This document shows, one piece after another, positions 38,907 through 46,995 of a stretch of 60,101 bases of DNA. Origin of the DNA: Candidatus Onthousia faecigallinarum. GTDB lineage: Bacteria > Bacillota_I > Bacilli_A > RF39 > UBA660. The stretch lies in assembly GCA_018716225.1 (NCBI GenBank), contig DVKE01000042.1, forward strand, positions 1-60,101, in the 5' to 3' direction. The notes under the pieces were generated by a model that saw only the letters and a program-made list of their open reading frames with translations, made no database searches and was not told the DNA's origin. Position numbers and translations under genes: made by a program. Numbering within the stretch: the first letter of the stretch is position 1; the number at the start of each line of letters is the position of its first letter.

Positions 38907-39383
38907 ATGAGGGATGCGATCGGTGGTTTATTTTCTTTACAGATTATCTTAGCTTTTATTTTGTTAGTAAATGGCTATTTGGCTTACTCTGTGAATTACA
39001 CAAGAGCATTCCGAGTAAAAAATGGGATTGTTAATATTTTAGAGCAATATGAAGGTCATACAGAGGAAGCAAAGGAAAGAATTGCGGAGTATGTTGATAA
39101 TATGCGATATCAAATTCCAGCTGGAATGCTTAATTATTGTCAGTTGAATGGCGCAGAAGACAACAGCTCATGTCAATGTTTTGCAAATCAAGGATATTGT
39201 ATTAAGATGACGGCAGTATCTGGTACGGATCCCGAAAGTGATGAGTATCGTGGTGTTTATTATACGGTTGTAACTTATGTTAATATTGATATTCCTGTTT
39301 TGAATCGTTTCATCAACTTGGGTAATTTCTTACAAGTACGAGGTGAAACAAGAGCAATTTATACCATGGATCCACAAGTATAA
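38907..39383 (+). CDS. TadE/pseudopilin-like protein
   Basis: MRDAIGG/LFSLQIILAFILLV resembles a prepilin leader with Gln at the +5 position. 158 aa with 4 Cys in the globular part. Confidence 0.45.
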   Translation: MRDAIGGLFSLQIILAFILLVNGYLAYSVNYTRAFRVKNGIVNILEQYEGHTEEAKERIAEYVDNMRYQIPAGMLNYCQLNGAEDNSSCQCFANQGYCIKMTAVSGTDPESDEYRGVYYTVVTYVNIDIPVLNRFINLGNFLQVRGETRAIYTMDPQV

Positions 39384-39397
39384 AAAGGAGTGAGGAC

Positions 39398-40378
39398 ATG
39401 AACGTTATTATAGCCAATGAAGCTCGAGATATGTTATCTCAATTAAACATCGATGTCATTAAAAGTGTTACGGGTGTTCATAGTGCTGATGAGATCGTTG
39501 AAATGTTTCGTAACTTCTTTTTTGCGCGTATGATTTTAGATATTACAGCGATTGAAAATTATAATGATATTACTAATATTCAAAAAATTTCAATAGGACT
39601 TGATGCTGATAAGATTATTTTAGTATTACCAAATAATGAGATGTTTTCTTCTAGTAGTTATTTATCTAAGATCATTTCAATGGGGATTTATAATTTTACT
39701 ACTACTTTAGATGGAGTAAAATATTGTTTAGAGCATCCCAACACTTATAAAGATGTTGCTCATATTCAACAACTCAGTGATTTATCAAGTACCATCAATG
39801 ATAAAGTGATTCAAGGAACCCAAATCATTGGAATTAAAAATATTACGGATCATGCAGGAAGTACTACTTTGATCTATATGTTAAAAAAAGAATTAGAACA
39901 AACTTATGGGATGAGTGTTATTGCCATTGAGATTAATCGGCATGATTTTGCTTTTTTTCATGATAAAAGTATGATTTCTGTTACCAATGATGATCTCATG
40001 ACGGAAATTGTAAAACATAAAGATGCTTCTATTATTTTAATTGATTTAAATGATTCTGATAATGATGGTGTCTGTGGGGATGTTTTATATTTGATTGAAC
40101 CTTCTAGTATTAAGTTAAATAAATTAATGCTAAGAAATCGACATATTTTTGAAGAGTTAAAGGGTAAGAAGATTGTGTTGAATCAAAGTTTATTAACCAA
40201 CAAAGATGTTATGGATTTTGAATATGAAGGAAGAACGAAAGTGTTTTATAATATTCCTCCTTTAAATGATCGAATTCATAATGAGGTTTTAAAGGATTTT
40301 CTTGTTAAGATAGGTCTTTTAAGAAAAGAGGAAAAACAAGAGACTGGTGGCAAAATATTTGGTTTATTTCGTAGGTAA
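39398..40378 (+). CDS. TadZ/CpaE-like protein with degenerate P-loop
   Basis: Receiver-like N-domain plus a MinD/ParA-like C-domain in which the KGGxGKT position reads ITDHAGSTT (no P-loop Lys). Confidence 0.45.
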   Translation: MNVIIANEARDMLSQLNIDVIKSVTGVHSADEIVEMFRNFFFARMILDITAIENYNDITNIQKISIGLDADKIILVLPNNEMFSSSSYLSKIISMGIYNFTTTLDGVKYCLEHPNTYKDVAHIQQLSDLSSTINDKVIQGTQIIGIKNITDHAGSTTLIYMLKKELEQTYGMSVIAIEINRHDFAFFHDKSMISVTNDDLMTEIVKHKDASIILIDLNDSDNDGVCGDVLYLIEPSSIKLNKLMLRNRHIFEELKGKKIVLNQSLLTNKDVMDFEYEGRTKVFYNIPPLNDRIHNEVLKDFLVKIGLLRKEEKQETGGKIFGLFRR

Positions 40379-40381
40379 TAA

Positions 40382-40410
40382 TTGACAAAGATTTTAATTT
40401 TTTGTATGAT
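40382..40410 (+). promoter_or_regulatory. Putative promoter, copy 1 of a repeated promoter motif
   Basis: TTGACA (40382-40387), 17 nt, TATGAT (40405-40410), followed by AGATGTAGT, which is shared with copy 3. Confidence 0.55.
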
Positions 40411-40436
40411 AGATGTAGTAAAGGAGATTTTTGTTT

Positions 40437-40829
40437 ATGGGAATGATGAATATTGTAAATAATTTACCATTTATACTTGGTAATGTTACGGAAATTGATA
40501 CGAGTGATACTTGTAATGGATTATTATGGTTAGTAAAATTAATTCGTCAAGGATTGTTTCCTATTTTACAATGGGGTATTCCAATTATCTTAATTGTATT
40601 AGGTACCATTGATTTAGGGAAAGCAGTTATTTCTTCGGATGAGAAACAAGTAAAGGAAGCGCAAGGAAAGTTAGTAAAACGTCTAATTTATGCAGTGTTA
40701 GTATTCTTTATTGTATTCATTGTTAACTTTGTCTTCAGTATGGTAGCTAGATTTACAGAACCAGCGAACGTAACTGGTACTGGTAATATGGAGTCTTGGC
40801 AAAATTGTTGGAATGCTGCAGGAAATTAG
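40437..40829 (+). CDS. VirB2/TrbC-like pilin-like T4SS membrane protein
   Basis: Two TM helices flank GTIDLGKAVISSDEKQVKEAQGKLVKRLIYAVLVFF. The same module is found at the C-terminus of the next ORF. The ATG at 40437 is preferred. Confidence 0.55.
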   Translation: MGMMNIVNNLPFILGNVTEIDTSDTCNGLLWLVKLIRQGLFPILQWGIPIILIVLGTIDLGKAVISSDEKQVKEAQGKLVKRLIYAVLVFFIVFIVNFVFSMVARFTEPANVTGTGNMESWQNCWNAAGN

Positions 40830-40859
40830 AAAGTATCTTGAGAAAAGTAGCAAGAGTAA

Positions 40860-40888
40860 TTGCTATTTTTTTTGTTTTTTGATATGAT
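40860..40888 (+). promoter_or_regulatory. Putative promoter, copy 2 of the repeated promoter motif
   Basis: TTGCTA, 17 nt, TGaTATGAT (40880-40888), followed by AAGTATAGT. Confidence 0.5.
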
Positions 40889-40915
40889 AAGTATAGTTAT
40901 GGAGATGAGGTCTTT

Positions 40916-42055
40916 ATGAAGCAGAAGCATTTTATTTTTCTTTTTGTCATTTTTGTTTGTGCTTTCTTTTTGATGCCTGATGGGGTGGCAGCGGCAGGAA
41001 AACGATTGATTCATGAATGTAAATATACGGAGCAAAATTCTTTTGATGAGTATCGTAATACAGCTCTTTATATTTATGAGGATTATACTTACGATGTGGT
41101 TTTAAGCGCTAATAATCGTCTTTTTCGCTATGATACGGTTTTAGATGGGGTTGAGCCTTATTGGGTTACGGAGGTTCCTGATGATGTTGAAGTTTACATA
41201 TATGGCCTTGATTTTTCTAATACGAATTGGAACGGATGCCCTCAATATATGTCACGGGAAGATGCTTCGGAAGATTTGGGACGTCCTGGAACTTTTTATT
41301 TTACATTTGGAAGTAGTGAGAGTGAGGTAAGAGAGGATACTATTGAAGGAAATGAGGTATCTATTGCTACTTTGACTCAATCAGTTGATCCGGGTATGTG
41401 TTACTACACTATTGAAGGTTATGCTACAACTGTTGATCAAGCGGCTTTTGGAGTTTATCAGCAAGAACCGACCCATTCTCCTTTTGTAGGGCTTGATTCT
41501 TATAGTGCTTCGGTTCATTGGGGAGCTCCTGGTGGAGATAACGCAGATGCGGTTATTAATCAAAGAATTAATGCGATGAATTTCTTTGGTATGGGAACTA
41601 CTTATGAGGCTCTTGATGTGTTTAATTTTCAATGTTTGGATCAGGTTTATCTTGTGCGAGATGATGTTGGATCTTATTTAGTCTATACTAGTGAGTCATT
41701 TGTTCCTGATGATTCTATTACTACTAATGAATATGATATCAATACGGATGGGTATAATCAGATGATAGGGTGTGATACTTTATTTAATTTTGATGAAGAG
41801 GGTAGTGTTGGTTGGTTTTTGCAACGAATCCTTGATTATATTAAAATTTTTGCGCCTATTATTGTGGTATTATTAAGTTCTATTGATTTTATTAAAGCTA
41901 TTTTCTCTTCAGATGAAAAGGCGACAAAACAAGCTCAGCAAAAATTAGTGATTCGACTTGTTTGTGCTTTGGCTTTGTTTTTGGTTCCAACGTTAGTTCA
42001 ATTTTTATTGAATTTAATTAATGGTTTAAGTAATCCAAATTGTGGCTTTCATTAA
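40916..42055 (+). CDS. Secreted ~300-aa domain fused to a C-terminal VirB2/TrbC-like two-TM module
   Basis: Signal peptide ...PDGVAAAGK. The C-terminus reads IIVVLLSSIDFIKAIFSSDEKATKQAQQKLVIRLVCALALFLVP, paralogous to 40437-40829. Confidence 0.55.
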   Translation: MKQKHFIFLFVIFVCAFFLMPDGVAAAGKRLIHECKYTEQNSFDEYRNTALYIYEDYTYDVVLSANNRLFRYDTVLDGVEPYWVTEVPDDVEVYIYGLDFSNTNWNGCPQYMSREDASEDLGRPGTFYFTFGSSESEVREDTIEGNEVSIATLTQSVDPGMCYYTIEGYATTVDQAAFGVYQQEPTHSPFVGLDSYSASVHWGAPGGDNADAVINQRINAMNFFGMGTTYEALDVFNFQCLDQVYLVRDDVGSYLVYTSESFVPDDSITTNEYDINTDGYNQMIGCDTLFNFDEEGSVGWFLQRILDYIKIFAPIIVVLLSSIDFIKAIFSSDEKATKQAQQKLVIRLVCALALFLVPTLVQFLLNLINGLSNPNCGFH

Positions 42056-42068
42056 TCGTTTTTAAAAA

Positions 42069-42097
42069 TTGATATTCTTTTGCTTTTTTGATATGAT
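42069..42097 (+). promoter_or_regulatory. Putative promoter, copy 3 of the repeated promoter motif
   Basis: TTGATA, 17 nt, TGaTATGAT (42089-42097), followed by AGATGTAGT. Confidence 0.5.
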
Positions 42098-42141
42098 AGA
42101 TGTAGTGATTGCTTGATTCTTGTTTATAGGTGGTGAATAAT

Positions 42142-44316
42142 ATGTGGATTTTGATAGCCGAACCTGCTGAAGCCGGTTGGATGAATAACTTTGGACGTTT
42201 GATTCTTTCTTGGCTTGATAAGGGGTGTTTTGTTCTTTTAGAATTTGTATATAAAGTGTTTTTTGTTGTGGCGAATGCAACAATTTTTTCTCCGGAATTT
42301 ATTCGGATGTTTTATGCTAGAATTCAGTTGATTTTGGGTGTTTTCATGATTTTTGTAGTTTCATTCACCTTGATTAACTATGTCGTAAGCCCCGAGAAAG
42401 CGTTAGATCAGCGAGCGGGTGCTGGTAAATTTGTCATGAGAATTATTGTGGCATTATTTTTACTTACGTTGATTATTCCGATTAATATACCAAATGTAGA
42501 GGAACCTGCCGAAGGAGAAGCTGGAAGCTTAAATTATTATATGAATACGCATGGCATTTTGTTTGGAATTCTTTATAAATTTCAAGATTCGGTTATGCGA
42601 GAAAATTTCTTGGGAAAATTGATCCTTGGAATTAATACAGAGAATTCTTCTGATGTTACCTTAGATGATTTGGGAGGACAAATATCCGGTACGGTAGCGA
42701 GAGCTTTTGTCCGGCCGAATGTGATTGATACGAGTGAGCCTTATTGTGAGATGACTTATGATGAAGCTTTAGAGCAAGGAGTGACAGATCCTTGTCCAAA
42801 TGTTATTTGCCCTACAACAGTTTTTACTTCTTCATACGATAATTTAGGACTATCTGGGGCAGATATTATGGATATGGTTAACTTAAATTGTTTACCCGAT
42901 AATGAAAATCCTGATTGGTATGAAATTGCAGGAGCTTGGCTTATGGGAATTTTTGGTGATAGTGGAAAGCGGTATGCTTTTGCTTATACACCACTTGTGG
43001 GTGCTGCGGCATCAATTATTATGACAATTATTATTTTAGGTTTCACCATCGATATTGCTATTCGGGCGATTAAGTTGGCAGTATTGCGTTTGATTGCACC
43101 AATACCGATTATTGGTTATGTACAGCAACCGAAAGATAAAGGTGGCGGAGCTTTTGAAAATTGGGGAAGATCTTTGGTTTCTACCTATCTTGATTTGTTT
43201 ATTCGACTAGCTATTATTTACTTTGTTTTATTTGTAATTCAACACTTTAGTACTATGACAAGCTTTGATAATAGTACCCTTGTCAATTCTTTCGCTACGG
43301 TGTTCATTATTTTAGGAATGTTATTCTTTGCTAAGCAAGCACCTAAATTCTTAAAAGATATGCTTGGAATTAAAGGAAATCCAATGGGTAATGTTGGACT
43401 TTCTGGAATTTTAGGTGGAGCGGCTATGGCTATCGGTGGTGGTGGTCTTGCTGGATTTGGGTTAGGCTTTATGCAAGGCGCTAATGCTGAATCTGAAGCA
43501 ATAGGCCAAGGAAAAGCTTTTGGCCTTGGTAATGCTTGGTCAAAGCATCGTGATCTAGCTGCTCAAATGAAAACTGGAGATAAAGATGCTCATGGTGGCT
43601 TTCTTGGTAATTTGACTGACCGGTTGAACTTTAAGAGTAGGGAGAGAACAGCTGCTAAGCTAGGTTATGGTCAAAGAAATTTAGCACGAGCTTCTTTGGC
43701 AAAAGATCAGGCGAGAGCAGTTGCTGAACAGGCTGCTTATAATCTTAAACGAGCGGAACTTGCTTTTCAATCTGCTCCGGATATCGATTCTATTAATATG
43801 GCTGAGTATAAAAATGCTGATGGTAGTTGGAAGGGCGAGGATGCTGAAAATGCTTATAATACTCAAGTGGCAGCGATTAGAGAACGAAGGAGAGAGTTGC
43901 AACAGAATTATTTGGATGCATACAGTAAAAATGAGAATGCTCAAGCAGCTTTGGCGAAAGCAGAAAAAGAATCCAAAGAAATCGATTCGCATCGAGCACA
44001 ACTTGGTATTGCTCCGCGAGTGCGTGATGTGTATAAAGCGGGTTATCGTTCAAACTTGAAGGTGAGAACTAAAAAGGATACTAATATTCCAGTTGATCGA
44101 TACGGTAATGAAATTTCTAGTACTGCTACTTCATCTTTTGTATATGATAGAGATGCGAAAAACAAAGGACATTTCCGAGGTGTTGGTGGTCGTACGGATG
44201 ATGATTCTTATGCAAGTTCTGGAAATGATAGCGATCTTTCCGATGGTCCTGGTGGAGGATTAACAGGACCTGATGTAGGAGGATATCCACATGATGGGCC
44301 TCATAATCCTAGATAA
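42142..44316 (+). CDS. VirB6/TrbL-like polytopic T4SS channel protein with a long coiled-coil/Gly-rich C-terminal extension
   Basis: Multiple TMs including IDIAIRAIKLAVLRLIAPIPIIGY, a Gly-rich GGAAMAIGGGGLAGFGLGF segment, then about 280 aa of hydrophilic tail. Confidence 0.6.
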   Translation: MWILIAEPAEAGWMNNFGRLILSWLDKGCFVLLEFVYKVFFVVANATIFSPEFIRMFYARIQLILGVFMIFVVSFTLINYVVSPEKALDQRAGAGKFVMRIIVALFLLTLIIPINIPNVEEPAEGEAGSLNYYMNTHGILFGILYKFQDSVMRENFLGKLILGINTENSSDVTLDDLGGQISGTVARAFVRPNVIDTSEPYCEMTYDEALEQGVTDPCPNVICPTTVFTSSYDNLGLSGADIMDMVNLNCLPDNENPDWYEIAGAWLMGIFGDSGKRYAFAYTPLVGAAASIIMTIIILGFTIDIAIRAIKLAVLRLIAPIPIIGYVQQPKDKGGGAFENWGRSLVSTYLDLFIRLAIIYFVLFVIQHFSTMTSFDNSTLVNSFATVFIILGMLFFAKQAPKFLKDMLGIKGNPMGNVGLSGILGGAAMAIGGGGLAGFGLGFMQGANAESEAIGQGKAFGLGNAWSKHRDLAAQMKTGDKDAHGGFLGNLTDRLNFKSRERTAAKLGYGQRNLARASLAKDQARAVAEQAAYNLKRAELAFQSAPDIDSINMAEYKNADGSWKGEDAENAYNTQVAAIRERRRELQQNYLDAYSKNENAQAALAKAEKESKEIDSHRAQLGIAPRVRDVYKAGYRSNLKVRTKKDTNIPVDRYGNEISSTATSSFVYDRDAKNKGHFRGVGGRTDDDSYASSGNDSDLSDGPGGGLTGPDVGGYPHDGPHNPR

Positions 44317-44333
44317 AAAGGAGTGTGATATAA

Positions 44334-44648
44334 GTGAATAATTATTTGATTCCAGCCAATACCAAGCGTGGTAGTTTAATCTTTAGTGCTTTTCGTCCGA
44401 TTGATTTGATTGTTCTTGGTATAGGTATATTGATTACTTTGGTATTACTTTTTGTAATGCCAATGAATACAACGTGGCAGGTTATCCTAATTTTACTGCC
44501 TGCTCTTGTGTGTGCATTCCTTGTTATTCCGATCCCGAATTATCATAATATGATGACGGTAATTGTGGAACTTTATGCATTTCTTACAAATAGACAGAAA
44601 TATATATGGAAAGGTTGGTGTGTGAAAGATGTCAAAGAAGTTAAGTAG
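44334..44648 (+). CDS. PrgI/VirB3-like small T4SS membrane protein
   Basis: 104 aa: IPANTKRGSLIFSAFRPIDLIVLGIGILITLVLLFV followed by a second TM. It lies immediately before and overlaps the VirB4 N-terminal ORF. Confidence 0.6.
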   Translation: MNNYLIPANTKRGSLIFSAFRPIDLIVLGIGILITLVLLFVMPMNTTWQVILILLPALVCAFLVIPIPNYHNMMTVIVELYAFLTNRQKYIWKGWCVKDVKEVK

Positions 44649-45177
44649 TCCTTATACAGAGGATTGGCTTCCTGTTACGGGGATTAGTAATGGTATGATT
44701 ATCTGTAATGATAAGCAGAAGGTAACAGGAGTGAAAATAGCTCCTCGCAATATCTTTATTCTAGATGAACAGGCTCAGGATAATGTATTAATTAGTTTGA
44801 AGAACTTCTATAATATGCTAGATTTTGAATTTTGGTTAGTAGTTGCCGATCGACCTACCGATATTTCTGTTTATATGTCTCAATTACAACTTCTTTATAA
44901 TGACACACAATCTCCCGCGATCCGTAAAGTTATTATGCAGGATATTGATAAGGGAAATACTTTTGTTAATAATAATATTGTTGATACGGAATATTATATT
45001 TTATTTAAAGATACTAAGGAAGATGTATTGCAAAAAAGAGTTCGATTAATGATCAATGGACTTGCAGGATGTGGACTTAATGCTTCTCAAGTAAGTAATG
45101 AAGATTTAAGAGTTATTTTAGAAAATTTCTTAAATGGGGGTAAAACAACGGAATTTGGGACGGTGATGCCATTATGA
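44629..45177 (+). CDS. VirB4 N-terminal domain encoded as a separate ORF
   Basis: The WLPVTGISNGMIICNDKQKVTGVKIAPRNIFILDEQAQDNVLISLKNFYN pattern is typical of the first ~180 aa of Firmicutes VirB4/PrgJ/ConE-type ATPases. An ATGA overlap joins it to the next ORF. Confidence 0.6.
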   Translation: MSKKLSSPYTEDWLPVTGISNGMIICNDKQKVTGVKIAPRNIFILDEQAQDNVLISLKNFYNMLDFEFWLVVADRPTDISVYMSQLQLLYNDTQSPAIRKVIMQDIDKGNTFVNNNIVDTEYYILFKDTKEDVLQKRVRLMINGLAGCGLNASQVSNEDLRVILENFLNGGKTTEFGTVMPL

Positions 45178-46964
45178 GTATAAGTTTTAAAAGTCAGATA
45201 GCTCCAAAGGGTCTTAGTTTTTCTCCTTCTAGTTTCTTTATTAGTGATAAATATGCTACTATATTGACGGTTGTTTCTTATCCCAAATATATTGCACCAG
45301 GATATTTATCAACTCTTACTTCGATGAGTGGAATAAAAATTGTCATTAAACATATTCCCGTACCTTTTAGTACGATGTCTAAAATGATCAATCGTCAAAT
45401 TGCTGATTTGCGGGAGAGATATCGGCAAGAAAAAGATCAAACGATGAAAGAGAGAATTCGGCAAGATGCTGAGAGTTTGGAATATTTCATTTCTATGCTT
45501 GCATCAAGTCAATCAAAAATATTCGATTTTCAAATGCACATTGTTATTTATTCCGATACGAAGGAAGACTTAGAATTAAAGAAAGTTAATGTAAAAAACT
45601 ATTTGGATGCGATGGAACTTCGGGCAATTTCTCTTCGTTTTGAACAAGAAAAAGTATTCAAAAGTATTTTACCTATTTTTCCAAAACAAGATATTGAAGA
45701 GAGAATTGGTACTCCAATTCCATCTCCAACGATTGCCGCGATGTATCCTTTTATCTTTGATAGTATTAAAGATCCAGGTCTTTCGGTATTGCTTGGAGTG
45801 GATTTTTCAGGAGGAGTTATTTTATTTAATCAGTTCTTATATCAAATTCGAAAAGAAAATAACCGTAATAATGCGAATATGATTATTCTTGGTACTTCTG
45901 GATCTGGTAAAAGTACGGCTGCAAAATTACTTTTGAGAAGTCATATTCGAAATGGTTGTCAGATCATAGCAGTTGATCCAGAAAATGAACTAGAGGAGAT
46001 TACTCATGCTTTTGGGGGAGATACGATCGATATTGGTAAAGGTGGAGAGTTTGGTTTAATTAATCCGTTGGAAGTTGTTGTCGATGCGGATGAGGATGAG
46101 ATCAAACAAGGGCTTGGTTATACGGTATTAACGCGTACTTTACAGTCTTTAAAAGCTTTTATGAGATATTATGACCCATCGATTGAAGAAGATGTACTAA
46201 ATATGTTTAGTGAAGTGGTTCAAGATACTTATAAGCGTTTTGGGATCGATTTTAATACTGATTTTTCAAAGTTTACAAGTCAAGATTATCCTATTTTTTC
46301 AGATGTCTATGCGACGATTAAAGGTAGACTTATGTCCATGACAGAACAGACCCAGGAGCGTGATATTATGCAACGACTTGAGTTGAAAGTACGTCCTTTA
46401 ATTAAAGAGCTAAAGTTCTATTTTGATGGAAAGACAACGATACAAGCTGATAGTGATTTTATGGTATTTAATATTAAAGAGTTAATGAACTCGGATAGTA
46501 ATATTCGAAATGCTTTGTTCTTTAATGTTTTAAAATATGCTTGGGGTCTTTGTTTGGATGTTGATGTTAATACCATTTTAATGGTAGATGAAGCGCATGT
46601 ATTATTGGGATCAAATAATGTTATGGGAGCAGATTTCTTGGCTCAAGTACAACGTCGAGCTCGAAAATATAATACAGGAACTATTATTATTACTCAACAG
46701 CCAAGTGATTTCTCGGATCCCGCTGTTATTACCCAAGGAAAAGCTATTTTTGATAACTCTTCTTATTATATGGTTATGGGATTAAGAAAACAAGCGGTTG
46801 AAGATTTGTCTCAATTAATCGATTTGAATGATAATGAAAAAGATAGTATTAAACGGTATTCTCAAGGGGAAGCATTGTTTGTTTGTGGAAACCGAAGAAT
46901 GCGTATTAATGTTGTTGTAACAAAAGAAGAACTTGAATCTTTCGGTAGTGGAGGAGGATTCTAG
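45174..46964 (+). CDS. VirB4-family T4SS ATPase (C-terminal 596 aa)
   Basis: Walker A ILGTSGSGKSTAAK, Walker B ILMVDEAHVLL, and the upstream motif ILTVVSYPKYIAPGYLSTL typical of VirB4. Confidence 0.85.
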   Translation: MSISFKSQIAPKGLSFSPSSFFISDKYATILTVVSYPKYIAPGYLSTLTSMSGIKIVIKHIPVPFSTMSKMINRQIADLRERYRQEKDQTMKERIRQDAESLEYFISMLASSQSKIFDFQMHIVIYSDTKEDLELKKVNVKNYLDAMELRAISLRFEQEKVFKSILPIFPKQDIEERIGTPIPSPTIAAMYPFIFDSIKDPGLSVLLGVDFSGGVILFNQFLYQIRKENNRNNANMIILGTSGSGKSTAAKLLLRSHIRNGCQIIAVDPENELEEITHAFGGDTIDIGKGGEFGLINPLEVVVDADEDEIKQGLGYTVLTRTLQSLKAFMRYYDPSIEEDVLNMFSEVVQDTYKRFGIDFNTDFSKFTSQDYPIFSDVYATIKGRLMSMTEQTQERDIMQRLELKVRPLIKELKFYFDGKTTIQADSDFMVFNIKELMNSDSNIRNALFFNVLKYAWGLCLDVDVNTILMVDEAHVLLGSNNVMGADFLAQVQRRARKYNTGTIIITQQPSDFSDPAVITQGKAIFDNSSYYMVMGLRKQAVEDLSQLIDLNDNEKDSIKRYSQGEALFVCGNRRMRINVVVTKEELESFGSGGGF

Positions 46965-46995
46965 AAGAGTTTTGTATTGTTAGGTGGTGAGGAAG

